Positions 48,601 through 61,135 of a stretch of 64,000 bases of DNA are shown here, piece after piece. The DNA is from Stegostoma tigrinum. Taxonomy: Eukaryota. The notes below the pieces were generated by a model that saw only the letters and a program-made list of their open reading frames with translations, ran no database searches and was not told the DNA's origin. A program made the position numbers and the translations under genes. Position 1 is the first letter of the stretch; every line of letters begins with the position of its first letter. The stretch spans positions 3,701,690 to 3,765,689 of the forward strand of contig NC_081383.1 in the NCBI RefSeq assembly GCF_030684315.1. The letters are read 5' to 3'.

Positions 48601-51600
48601 TAAGCGCCGTGATTGTCAACAAACATGTGGTTATGTCAGATATCATAGCACATGTGCTCACATCTTGCCCTAAAATCTACATGTCCAGCAGGATGTGTAC
48701 AAAGCACTGAAAAGAAATGAACACTGACTGATTGAGATCAACTACAGACTTAATACTCCAAACGTGAGAGACCTGGTTTAAAAAGTAACTAACTTGCTGT
48801 AGTCCAAGAACTGATGCTGGAAGCTTCCAAGGCTCACATCTACCTTTGTCAATGTTCATGTAGCTTCACAATGCTGACACACCATCTACTCTTAATTTGT
48901 TTTAACCATTTTGAAGGTTCCCATTGTTGGAAAGACAAGGAAGTACCATCAGTCATCATTCCCCTATATTACTGAAACTTGGGTAAAGAGAACTCACTGC
49001 TCAAGGCCACTTGACAGCCTGTACAGGCCATCAAGAAACACTACTCAAACCAATAAGCTTTGAATTTTGCTGCAAATATTGCTCCGGTCCTGACAAAATT
49101 AGCATTGTAATAGGTTTAACATGCTGAACACTTTGAAACCAAGTTGACTGGTACCCATTATCAAGATAAAGCTAGAAATTGAAATATGGACTTTATATAT
49201 ATTTCTATAATTAAATAAGCTTTACAATAAAACTTACACAAACTACTTTGTCTAATCGAAGTGTACTTTGTTAAAAGTACAATTATCTTTGAGGCCTATA
49301 ACAGCCTCTCAATGCTCACACGGGAGCATCAACCAAGTTTATCATCCCATCAGATTGTACTCGTCATATGGGTAATGAAATATTAATTAAAAGTCATAAT
49401 TTGTCTAAGTTGCTAAGTTAAATAAACTCACTTTTATCAAAGTGCTCTGTACCCCCTTGAAACGGAAATACTTGAATTTGTTTCGACCTTCAGTAGGAAA
49501 GCTGTATCATTTGTTTTTCCCTCTACCCAAATCTGCTTCAGTTTGCCAACATTCAACAGTGTATCCTTCCATTCAAGTTCCCTCTTTTAAAAGAAAACAG
49601 TTGGTTTAAAAAAAAACACAATTTCCATCTATTGACCTGACCACCGCAACAAGGGTTAAGGCATCATTATGTTTTGGTCTCTTGGTTGCTGCATGTCATG
49701 ATTTCCAAGACTTAACCCAAAAACAGGCTCATGGCAAAGATTACATTATTTGGTAATTTTGGTGGGACAGATGGGGGGATAATTGAATTTGTAGTTGGCG
49801 GCAGCACAACCATGTTGTTAGAGGATGTATCATGACAATGGCGTATTGCTATATTCCAAATGACTCTGAATAAGGTGGTGTATTGCAATGACAATGGAGT
49901 TGGTGTGTCATTTCCATTGTATAACTTCAAAGTGTAAGGACAAAAGGAAATGGATAACCACTGTGGAGGATCAATCATTTTCCTACCCTCCTTTCTCACA
50001 GTGGACTGATCACACCTCAACAAGTAAAGTGATCACCAATTTTAGGAAAAGGCACCCATGGTAATTCTTGTTTCTCCCCTCCCCACTCAACAAAAATTTT
50101 CTCAACAAAGCTGAATAATGTTTACAGTCAGAATAAAACAGGGCACATTAGAGTAAAATAATATGGCACATTAAAAATAAACCAGGTATTACCGGAAGCT
50201 TAATCCTCATTTTAGCTTGCAAAGGGCAGTAGGGGCCTTGCAGTTGGTGACGGATTACTTCATCAGAACTTCGTTTTGCTTCATGTAGTTAGACTATAGG
50301 TAGAAAGTAAACTTTCCTGTGCCACATCAGGTGGACAGAGTAGTTGGTCATGGGTGGTGGAAAAAAACTTTCAAACTTTAGAATACATTTCGAAAAGGAG
50401 GATGCAGTGATAATTACTGGACTAGCCCAAACTCATTCCACTCTGGCAAACATTTGGCAGCCATTTCCAGTTCCAAACTACAAAAATGCAAATTGCAGTC
50501 TTCTCTATTCTGAGAAGTTAGTAATCTGGTTTACAAATTCTCTGCCTCCAATCCCAAGGCAACACAGGGTGTAAGATTCTAATCGGTATGAACACCCAAA
50601 TTAAGAAACTGATTTCAAACTCAGCATTAGCAACGACATTTTATTCTTCCTTTCCCAGAGGGTCTCAGTGGATGTTTTACAAATGCTACATACTCCTAGC
50701 AGTTCAAAATAGCACCATTTGTGTCAATGCCAATTGTGAGAGTCTGCAGATGGGGACAAAGCAGCAGTAGGTTCTGACCTTCCTCAGATGTAGGTTCCAA
50801 TAGAAGTACTGAATGTTCAGGAGTTACAGCACAGGCTGATTCCTCCTCTACCCAAGGGTGCAGAGGTAAATCATAACATGCTCCAACCTCAGTTCACTCA
50901 ATAAAATCTGGAAACGAAATCTGGGATACCTATGGTACAGTTTAGAGGAACCTCTAGTCAAATCTCAAAGATGATAAAATAAAAGCAGGGTGCAATCAGG
51001 GAACTGGATTACAATAAATGCTCCATTAACCAGTTTCCATCAGGGGTAAATACAAACTCAAGTATAAAAATCCAAGTGCCTAAATCCACTTGCCTGTAAA
51101 ATTCAAATATCATACATTAAGTCGATTGTTAGAATGAAGCTGGAGGCAGTACAGAGTAAACCATATACAAATTATCCTCAAGTCTACCACTAATTTCAGG
51201 AACAACACTAGGCAGCCAACACCTCAGATAGCTTCAAGGTGCCTCACAGACATGACAGCTGTGAATTTAGCCACTTCAAAGTTGGATAAACTTTGTCTGA
51301 ATAGACAGCAGCCAGCACAAACAATAACTCGAGTCCTATGTTAGGATCTGGCATTTATGAAATGCACTCTTCAGCAAAGTATACTTGCAGCACAGTTGGG
51401 TTCACACACACTTCCATGCCCAAAGTTCTCCAGAGTTTTGGGTTTGACCTGTATTAAGTAAATTGCAAATGTGTAACAAGATAGAACATGATAGAACATG
51501 ATAGGGTTTCTTTCAGCTATTATTGGATAGGTAGAAGGTTTCCACGGTTAAGGAATATGATTTGACACTAGGGCAATGGAATTGCACTTCAAAAATCCCC

Positions 51601-52713
51601 TCCCTTGTGACCTAATTGAGGGACTCTCCATACGGAGGCTGTACTTGGCCTGAAAATTAATGCTATTCGAAGTCCATTTCCTGTTCTTTACTGATCCAAC
51701 TCTCAAAAAAACAAAAGGACTGTAGTCTGGCAGCAAGATTATCTCAATTCCTATAAGACAAAAAAAAGTGCTGTTCAAATAAAATAATTGCTCTTGTGGT
51801 GTTATTTTACCCATGCCCCAGATTTTCAGAGTGGTAAACATCTTTAGCAGCCTACTTGAAATAAAGAAAATACTGCACAGGGCATATTGCAGTAAGATCC
51901 CATTTCCCAGCAGTAAAACAGTCAAGATTTAGGGTGGGAGGTAGAGGAGGAGAAAAAGTCACTGTGGCCACTTTAGGACAGGACTGAATGATCAGAAACT
52001 GCAGCTTACATTCCAATTCGTCAGCTTTGAAAATAGTTAGCTGCTTAGCCACAAGACCAAAAAGACAGGTTTCATCGTACACAGCTGTGACTGAACCTGC
52101 ATTATAAAATAAGACATGTGCAATACGTTGCCATTAGAATCCCAGAATTGCAGGTGTTGACGAGCTAACAAGCTGAATTTGAAACCACCAGGACTCAAAC
52201 AGGCAGCCTGCCAGACATTTTGAAACACTCACTTTTGTTTGTGGATCATCTTTGCTGTGATCTGAGCAGACACCGGCAGTGTTATATTTGGCTTGCAGGC
52301 ATCCACATGATACTCATCTTCAGGCAATAATGCAATTTAAAAATGAAACTTGCACAGAAGCAGCACAGTAATTTAAGAACTGACTGTAACTGACTTCTGG
52401 TGTCTTGTACAAGGCAACAAAACAGGAACAACATCCTGTAATTAAAGGAACTTCAAGATTGTGCCAACTGCTAAAAGCATCCAGAGAGCATTGAGACTCC
52501 AATGAGCCAATCAGGTGAACCAGAAAGTGGTATGATAGGAATTGTTTCTCAACACATTAAATTTTAAAAAAAGACCAACAACTTTTAAACTTGCAAAAAT
52601 TCAGAAAGAATATTACAATTGTTAGTATTCCTAAAGTGAAAACCTTGGCTTTGCAGCCATGCCTGATCTCGAGCTCCACTTCTAGCTACCTGAGAGCAGG
52701 CAGCTCTTGGCCA

Positions 52714-52926
52714 TCATACACAACTGTCTTGCAATAGGGGCTCCTTGCCATCGGGACTCGTGCTCTGTGGACTGTGGGGGTGACCTTGTGATCCATTATT
52801 ATGTTTCTTCCAGCTGCCAGAACGCAGAGGGAGGCCGCTGTGCTCCGGGATGAACAAGGCGACTAGCAGCGACAGCAAGACTGAGCAGGCGCCAAAAAGA
52901 AACGGAGGTCCTGGGATTATAGTACT
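52714..52926 (-). CDS. MFSD14A: MFSD14A-like last coding exon
   Basis: tttgtccag| acceptor, 213 nt to TGA; ends in an acidic-dileucine-like KEPLL. Confidence 0.93.
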   Translation of the reverse strand, partial: STIIPGPPFLFGACSVLLSLLVALFIPEHSGLPLRSGSWKKHNNGSQGHPHSPQSTSPDGKEPLLQDSCV

Positions 52927-55900
52927 CTGGACAAACAAAATAAGATAGAGGAAGAAAAGAAAACCTGGAATTATTGAAGTTGTAATTTTGCAAGCTTTTA
53001 AAAATTAAATTAAGGACAGTTTGTTTCACAACTTAAAGAATTTAACACAAGGTAACTTGTCAATTTTTTTTCAAAATAGCTTTAACATTCTTGTTTCACT
53101 GATGTTCACGACTGTTACATGCATTAATGATGAGGGGCATTAAAAAGTTTACATGCACATACATCACATTTCAAAGTGCCTCAGATATGAAATTATGTTC
53201 GACTGTGGCAACATAAACATGGAAACATGGCAGCAAATTTTGCAGGGCATTCTTTCACACTTGATTTGTTTTAAGTAACAGGGAGAAGCAGAGGTCCCTA
53301 GAGCAAGAGAACTTCCTACATACAGAAAAACAGTGCTGGAGAAATTCAGCAGGTCTGACAGTATCTGAGCAATGAAAACAGCTAAATGTTTCTTGCTCAG
53401 TGATGCTTCATTAGAACCAGTTCTCTCCATAGATGCTGCCAGACCTGTTAAGTCTCTCCAACACTGTTTTTGTTTCAGATTTCCAGCAACTGCAGTTCTT
53501 TATTCATGAGAACTTCCTACCTTCAGTGTCTGCTCTAAGCTCTGGAATTTCCTCCCCAAATTCCTGCCTCACCTCTTCAAGGCACTGATTAAAATTAATA
53601 TCTTGGACCTGGCTTTTGGTTACCTGTTGTATGCACCATATGCAGTTATGGCATCTAACAGAAGTGGTATCCCATAGATTTCAAATGCTATCTACTGCCA
53701 CAGCTTTATCATATTGAGTACAAACTGGGGTATCTCAACAGAATCATACAGAAGTGGCCAACCACCCCAACTCAGTCTGTGCAACCTCTTTGAAGACTTT
53801 CCTCGAAATACATGCGTCCTTTACAATTACCCATTAGGTTCGCTTCTAAAAGCTCCTCCCGAATGGAAAACTGATTCTATTTTCAGGAGGTGCATTCTAG
53901 ATCAGAACTCACTGCTTAAAATAATTTATCCTCATCTGCCATCGGATTCTTTCGCCGATGATTTTAAATGTGTTCTGTCGCTGCAAACTAGACAGTGCAA
54001 GCAGGTTCTCCTTCCCCAAATATAGTGTCCAGTATTGAACATTATTTTCTTTCAGGGGCCCAACTTGGGCATTTTAATTGTTTAGCGTAATTTCCTTGAT
54101 TTTTGTCTTTACTCAAAGCCAAGGATTTCTCATACTTTCTGAAACAGCATTTGTTTAAAAAAAAATTAATGGGTTCTGGGCATTGCTGCCTTAGGCTAAC
54201 TGCCCAGAGAGCAGTTAAGAGTCAACCACAGTGATGTGGGCCAGGAGTCACGTGTATGTCAAATCAGGTAAGGATGGCACATTTCCTTCCTCAACAGCAT
54301 TCATAACCAGTAAGCATATTTTTATTCCAGATTTTACTTGAAATTTATTTCAAAATTTTACCATCTGCCAAGGAGGGATTTAAACCCAATGTCCACAGAG
54401 CACTGACCAGATTCTGGATTGCTAGTCCACTGACATTACCACTGCGTCACTACCTTCAACGCCAGTTGGTTATGCATCAAGAAATGACAAGGGAGCTGGG
54501 TCTCCGCACAAGTTGTTGCTTTACCTCATCAGTTGGATTTTGCATGTTTCCTTTAGGAACTTTGCCTGGGTTATCAACATCTCCCATTTCGTTTAATTCC
54601 ACATGGAAAAGGTAGAATACAAATCCATACAGTGCTGGGCCAAGGCCATTGCACAATCCTCTGATTCCAGTGATCATTCCTTGTACAACTCCTGTAGGGA
54701 AAGGGAAGAACCATCTCATATACAAATCCTTTGAAGACCACAAGGCATCGGTGCAGTAATAGACCATTCAGCCCATGGAATGTGCTTTGCTCTTGAAGAC
54801 TTCACATTTCAACTGTGAAGTATTGAATAGACGGGGTGAATTTACTCTTGCCCAAGCTAAAATAAATTGCAAACTATATTTAAAAAAGAACTTTTTTTGA
54901 ATTGCAATTCCATCAGTTGTCCCCTCCACTCATGCCCTGTGTTCTAGTAGCCCTACGGTACCATGCTAAAATGCAAAGATGGGAAAGTTGTGACAGGATG
55001 TTGTCATTTACAGTTACTCGAGATTCATCATTTGTCCTGTCCACTTGGACCTACTTTTGCCATTAAACATCACTACTTGTTATTCAGTCTTACCTGCCCT
55101 ACTCTAGACCAGTGCTTCCCTCTAATTCTTACCCATGTCACCTTCTGCCTATGCTTCTATAAAAGTAATGTTAACATAGAAAAGTACAGCACACTACAGG
55201 CCTTTCGGCTCACGATGCTGTGCCACGGAATAATCCTAATCCAAAAATAAAATAACCTAACCTACACTCCCCTCAATTCACTGCTGTCCATGTGCATGTC
55301 CAGCAGTCGCTTAAATGTCACTAATGAATCCGCTTCCATGCCTACCACTGGTAAACTATTCCATGTGCTCACAACTCTCTGGGTGAAGAACCTCCCCCTG
55401 ACGTCTCCTCTACACCTTCCTCCTAACACCTTAAAACTATGACCCCTCGCAGCAGTCAATCTTGCCTGTTATTCCAACATATTTCAGTCCTAGTGAAAGG
55501 AGGAGAAGTTATCAACACGAAACAGTCTGTTTTTTCTTTACAGATGCACTCAATTTCAACATTTTCCAATTACCCTTTTTTTTCAAGTGTTTTGTTTTTG
55601 ACAGACTGTATGGCATCACAGCTCATACACACTATGGTTACTTGGTGATTTCAAACCAGTGACCGATTCTTCACCCCCCCCCCCCCCACCCCCCGCCCCA
55701 TCCCCGCAGAAAATCAAAGATCCTACAGAGTACCATCCAAACTTACACGTTCTACCACTGAGAAGGACAAGGGCAGCAGATACATGGCAACACCATCACC
55801 ACCTGGAAATGTTTCTCCAAGCGCACACCATCCTAATTTGCAAATGCATAGCCATTCCTTTAGTATTGCTCTGTCAAAATCCCACAATTATTTTCCTATT

Positions 55901-56334
55901 GGCACAAAGGGTCTACCTGCAGCAGTTCAAGGCAGCAGCTCACCATCACCTTCTCAAGGGCAACTCGAAGGGCAATAAATGTCAGCTGAACCAGTGAAAC
56001 CCACAAGGCAATTCTTTTTTCAATTTATTCAGGGGATGTGGGCTTTGCTGATTCAGTTAGCAGTTATTGTCAGTTCTTAACTGCCCTTAAGATGGTGGTG
56101 AGTTACCTTCTTGAACTGACAGTCAATTTGGTGTTGATATACTCAACACCATTAGAGAGGGAACCCAGCATGTGTTAAAACTGTTTGAAACCTGCTACAC
56201 ATTGCACAGTCCAAGGAGAAAAAGGAAATAGCCTACCTTGTTGATCAGGATCGGCATTCCTAGAAACTAGAGCACTAACCGCTGGGAAGGTGATGCTGGA
56301 CATGGCAGCCACAGCTCCTGCTGCCCACATCATC
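52714..56334 (-). CDS. MFSD14A: MFSD14A/HIAT1-like MFS transporter, last three coding exons (5' part lies beyond the window)
   Basis: Spliced translation MMWAAGAVAAMSSITFPAVSALVSRNADPDQQG-VVQGMITGIRGLCNGLGPALYGF...-STIIPGPPFLFGACSVLLSLLVALFIPEH...KEPLLQDSCV* matches the HIAT1 C-terminus; the SWKKH/HPH tail resembles MFSD14A more than MFSD14B. Confidence 0.9.
54525..54691 (-). CDS. MFSD14A: MFSD14A-like penultimate coding exon
   Basis: ccctacag| and |gtaaag, 167 nt. Confidence 0.92.
56237..56334 (-). CDS. MFSD14A: MFSD14A-like antepenultimate coding exon
   Basis: ttttgcag| and |gtaggc, 98 nt. Confidence 0.92.
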
Positions 56335-57224
56335 CTGCAAAAATCAATATAAACAATCCATGTCAACATTCCAATCGTGGAGACTAGTTCTCCCAACTAG
56401 CTTTAGTTCAATCACTCAACAGTTCAGGCAGCAGCAGCATGGTGTACCCTTGAAAATGCAGGTGGACCATGGGAATAAAGGTGGTGGTTTCTGAAACATG
56501 AGCACAGCATGCCAGTTCCTGTAGACCATACAAATACACCCACATGAATACCACCATACAGGAATGAAAAGGGAAATGATAATGCAGGTATCAATGTCCA
56601 CTACGTGTATAAATGGGTCAAACCATCGGAAATAGTCAGCATAAAAGCAACTATTCAAGCTCCAGTCAACTTTAAAACATAGGAGCATCTGCTCAGTTTT
56701 GTTACATTAGTGACGACAAATGACAGGTTTTTTTTGTTTAAAACCCATTTCTTTTGATAAACTCCGCTTAAAAGTAAAAGTGTTCATTTAAAGGTTTTGT
56801 AAGGTTTCTTATTATTGAAGTTGCAAATGAAATTAAGTTTTCCCAAAATCAGCTGCTCTGCATACACGGGAACAGAATTAGGTGTTGTTTGTTTCAGTAA
56901 CTTCTTGCTCCACATGCTGTGTCACATCAACAGCTATGAAAGACAGCTGAGCTAGCTGTGGCTAAACCGAATACCCTAAGATTTTTAAGTTGCCATGGTG
57001 AACATGCTTGGGCAGTTTTACTTCATGTTCTGTACTATTTAGAGGCCAAAGGACAAGTGGTTCCAGCAAAACCAAAAAGTCAAACATGAAAGATGAAGAA
57101 ACAGGTTGAGCTGTCTGGGGAAGAAATGAGGTACTATACTTCCAATCGCCTGGAGCTGGCTGTTGAATGTATGTTTAGCATCGTATCCTATCATTATGGA
57201 AAAGGTCTCAGCATGAAACTAGCT

Positions 57225-60200
57225 GAATGCTCGGAGCATTCAAAACAAGGTGGATGAGTTGACAGTGCAAATCAGGCAAATGGCTATGATTTAATGGCCA
57301 TTACAGAGACATGGTTACAGGATGGTCATGACTGGCAGTTAAATATCCAGGGGTATCAAACTATTTGGAAGGACAGACAGGAGGGTAAGGGAGGTGGTGT
57401 TGCTCTGATTTTTAAGGATGCTATCAGGGCAGTAGTGAGAGATGATATAGGTTCTACTGAACAAAACTTTGAATCCATTTGGGTGGAAATTAGAAATAGC
57501 AGGGGGAAGTAGTCACTGATGGGTGTGGTCTTTAGGCCACCAAATAATGACATCGCAGTGAGGCGGGCAATAAACATCGAAATAGCTAACGCATGTAAAA
57601 ATGGTACAGCAATTATCATGGGGATTTTTAATCTACATATCAATTGGTCAAACCTGGTTGGTCATGGCAGCCTTGAGGAGGGGTTCATAGAATGCATTTG
57701 TGATCATTTCCTCGAATAATATATAATGGAACCTACGAGGGAGCAAGCTATCCGAGATCTAGTCCTGAGTAATGAGACAGGAATAATTAATGATCTCACA
57801 GTTAGGGATCCTCTCGGAAAGAGCAATCACAGTCTGGTCGAATTTAAAATACAGATGGAGCATGAAAAGGTTAAATCCAGTACCTATGTCCTATGCTTAA
57901 ACAAAGGAGACGAAGAAGGAATGAGGGAGGAGTTAGCTAAGGTAGAAGGGGGGCAAAAACTTTATGGTGGGTCAATTGAGGAACAGTGAGGACTTTCAAA
58001 ATTATTTTTCAGTGCTTAGCATAAGTATATTCCAGTGATAAGGAAGAACTGTAGGAAAAGAGAGAGCCAGCCGTGGGTGCTAAGGAAATAAAGGGAAGTA
58101 TCAGATTGAAAAAAACAGAAAAAAGCAAAGAGTAGTGCGTAACTAGTAGACTGGGAAATCTTTAAAGGCCAACAGAAAGCCACAAAAAGTTATAAAGAAA
58201 AGTAAGAGATTATGAGAGTAAACTAGCTCAGAATATAAAAACAGGCAGCAAAAGTTTCTCAGATAACAAAGTATGGAGCTGGATGAACCCAGCAGGCCAA
58301 GCAGCATCTCTTCATCAGAGACGAGGCCCGAAACGTCAGCTTTTGTGCTCCTGAGATGCTGCTTGGTCTGCTGTGTTCATCCAGCTCCACACTTTGTTCT
58401 CTTGGATTCTCCAGCATCTGCAATTCCCACTATCTGAGCAAAAGTTTCTATAAATGTGCAAATTGTAAAAGCGTGGCGAAGGTAAACATTGGTCCTTTAC
58501 AGGACGAAAAAGCCAATTTAATAACTGGGAATGAGGAAATAGCCGAGACATTAAACAGTTATTTTGTGTCGGTCTTCACAGTGGAAGATACAAATAACAT
58601 GCCGAAAACTAATGGCAAGAAGGTTATAGCAGGTGAGGACCTAGAAACTATCACTAAGGAGGCAGTGCTGGGCAAGTTAATGGGGCTAAAGATAGACAGG
58701 TCTCCTGGCCCTGATCAAATGCATCCGAGGGTACTAAAGAGGGTGATGGGGGAAATAGCAAATGCACTAGTAATTATTTACGAAAATTCACTGGACTCTG
58801 GGGTGGTTTCCACAGATTGGAAAACAGCCAATGTGACACCACTGTTTAAAAAAGTAGACAAAAAGTAGGTAACTATAGGCCAGTTAGCTTAACTTCAGTA
58901 GTGGGGAAAATGCTTGAATCTATCATTAAGGAAGAAACAGCAAGACATCTGGATATAAGTTGTCCCATTGGGAACGCCCAGCATGGCTTATTGAAGGGTA
59001 AGTCATGTTTAACCAAATTGGTGGAATTCTTTGAGGATATTGCTTGCATGGTGAATAATGGGGAACATGTGGATGTGGTGCATCTCGATTTCCACAAGGC
59101 ATTTGACAAGGTGCTACACAAAAGGCTGCTACGTAAGATAAAGTTGCACGGTATTACAGGTAATGCACTGGCATGGATAGAGGATTGGTTGACTAGTAGA
59201 AAGCAGAGAGTACGGGTAAATGGGTGTTTTTCTGGTTGGCGGTCAGTGGCTAGTAGTGTGATCAGGGATCAGTGTTGGGACCTCAATTGTTTACAATTTA
59301 CACAGATGATTTGGAGTTAGGGACTAAGTGTGGTGCGTCAAAATTTGCAAATGACACTAAGGTGAGTGGTAGAGCAAAGTGTGCAGAGGACAAAGTCTGC
59401 AGAGGAATATAGATAGTCTAAGTAGTGGGCAAAGGTCTGGCAGAGGGAGTACAATGTTGATAAGTGTGAGGTCATCCATTTTGGTAGGAACAACAGCAAA
59501 ACGGGCTATGTTTTAAATGGTAAAAAATTGCAACACACAATTGCAGAGGCACTTGGGTGTCCTTGTGCATGAATCGCTAAAAGTAGGACTGCATGTGCAG
59601 CAGATAATTAAAAAGGCAAATGGGATTTTGTCTGCCATTGCTAGAGGGATGGAGTTTAAAAACAGGGAGGCTATGCTGCAGCTGTATAGGGTCCTGGTGA
59701 GGCTACACCTGGAGAACTGTGTGCAGTTTTGGTCTCCTTACTTGAGAAGAGATATATTAGCACTGGAGGGTGTGCAGAGGAGATTCACTCAGTTGATTCC
59801 AGAGTTGAGGTTATGAGGAGACTGAGCAGACTGGGATTATACTCATTAGAATTCAGAAAAATGAAGGGAGATCTTGTACAAACACGTAAGATTATGAAGG
59901 GAATAGATAAGGTGGAGGCAGGGAGGTTGTTTCTGCTAGCAGGTGAAACTAGGATTAGAGGGCACTGCCTCAAAATCAAGGGAAGAAGCTGTAGGACTGA
60001 GATCGGGAGGAACTTCTTCACCCAAAGGAGTGTGAACCTGTCCAGTGAAGTGGTTGAGGCAGCCTCGCTGATTGTTTAAGGCAAGGCTAGATAAATTTTT
60101 GAACAGTAAAGGAATTAAGGGTTATGTTGAGTGGGTGGGTAAATGGAGCTGAGTCTCAAAAAGATCAGCCATGATCTTATTAAATGGCGGGGCAGGCTCA

Positions 60201-60240
60201 AGGGGCCAGATAGCCTACTCCTGCTCAGAGTTCTTATGTT
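57225..60240 (+). mobile_element. CR1-clade LINE ORF2 (endonuclease + RT), degraded, in an MFSD14A intron
   Basis: AITETWL, DWKTANVTPLFKK, LDFHKAFDKV, LENCVQFWSP fragments with stops and frameshifts. Confidence 0.95.
58260..58436. mobile_element. short fold-back Penelope-tail element inserted in a CR1 LINE
   Basis: Perfect 13-bp TSD agcaaaagtttct at 58247-58259 and 58437-58449; internal inverted repeat. Confidence 0.9.
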
Positions 60241-60377
60241 CCTGTGAAACACTTTCACGATAATGGCCCCGAGTAGGGGTAGTGGGAGAAATAAAGGGGA
60301 TGGTACAAACTAACAACTAGTAGCAAATAGACACAATGATCCACTCAAAGCAAAACCAGGGGTCGTCAAGACCGGAG

Positions 60378-60570
60378 ACAGTAAGAATTGCCAATGCCGG
60401 AGTCAGAGATAACACAGTGAGGAGCTGGAGGAACAGAGCAGGAAAGTTGACATTTTGGATCAGGACCCTTCTTCAGATAAAAACAAAAAGGGTCCCAGCC
60501 CAAAAAGTCAACTTTCCTGCCCCTGTGACGCTGCCTGCCCTGCTGTGTTCCTCAAGATCCACACTGTCAT
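60378..60570. mobile_element. degenerate short fold-back Penelope-tail element
   Basis: Same tail sequence in both orientations, decayed. Confidence 0.7.
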
Positions 60571-60579
60571 CAAAACCAC

Positions 60580-61135
60580 AATATGTAGGAGCAGAATTAA
60601 GCCATTTGGCTACTCCACCTTTCAATCATGGCTGAAATATTTCTCAAACCTATTCTCTTGCCTTCTCCCTGTAACTTTTGATGCCTCTACTAATCTTGAA
60701 CCTCCCTCTTACAGTCTCAAATGATTTGGCCTACTGCAATGAGTTCCACCGACTGATCACCCCAGCTGAATAAATACCCCATTTCAGTTTTGAAGGGTCA
60801 CCTTTTTACTCGGATGCTGTGCCTTCAGGTGATAGTCTCTCCTACTCGTGGAAAAATCTTTTCCACATCCACTCTCAGCAGTTTGTAAGTTTAAATGAGA
60901 TCTGCCTCATTCTTCTAAATGCTATCAATTATAGAGTGCTCAACCACTCCTCATATGACGAGGCCTTCATTCCCAGGATCATCCTAAACCTTGTCTGGGC
61001 CTCCTCCAAGGCCAGCACATCCTTCCTTAGATGCAGGGCTCAAAACATGTCATGGTATTCCAAATTCAATCATACCAGAGCCTTAAACAGCCCTGGACAT
61101 ACATCCCTGCTCCTGCGTTCTAGCCCTTTAAAAAT
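60580..61135 (-). mobile_element. CR1 LINE 3' fragment
   Basis: KGLERRSRDV..LFKALV and reverse-complement tail. Confidence 0.8.
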
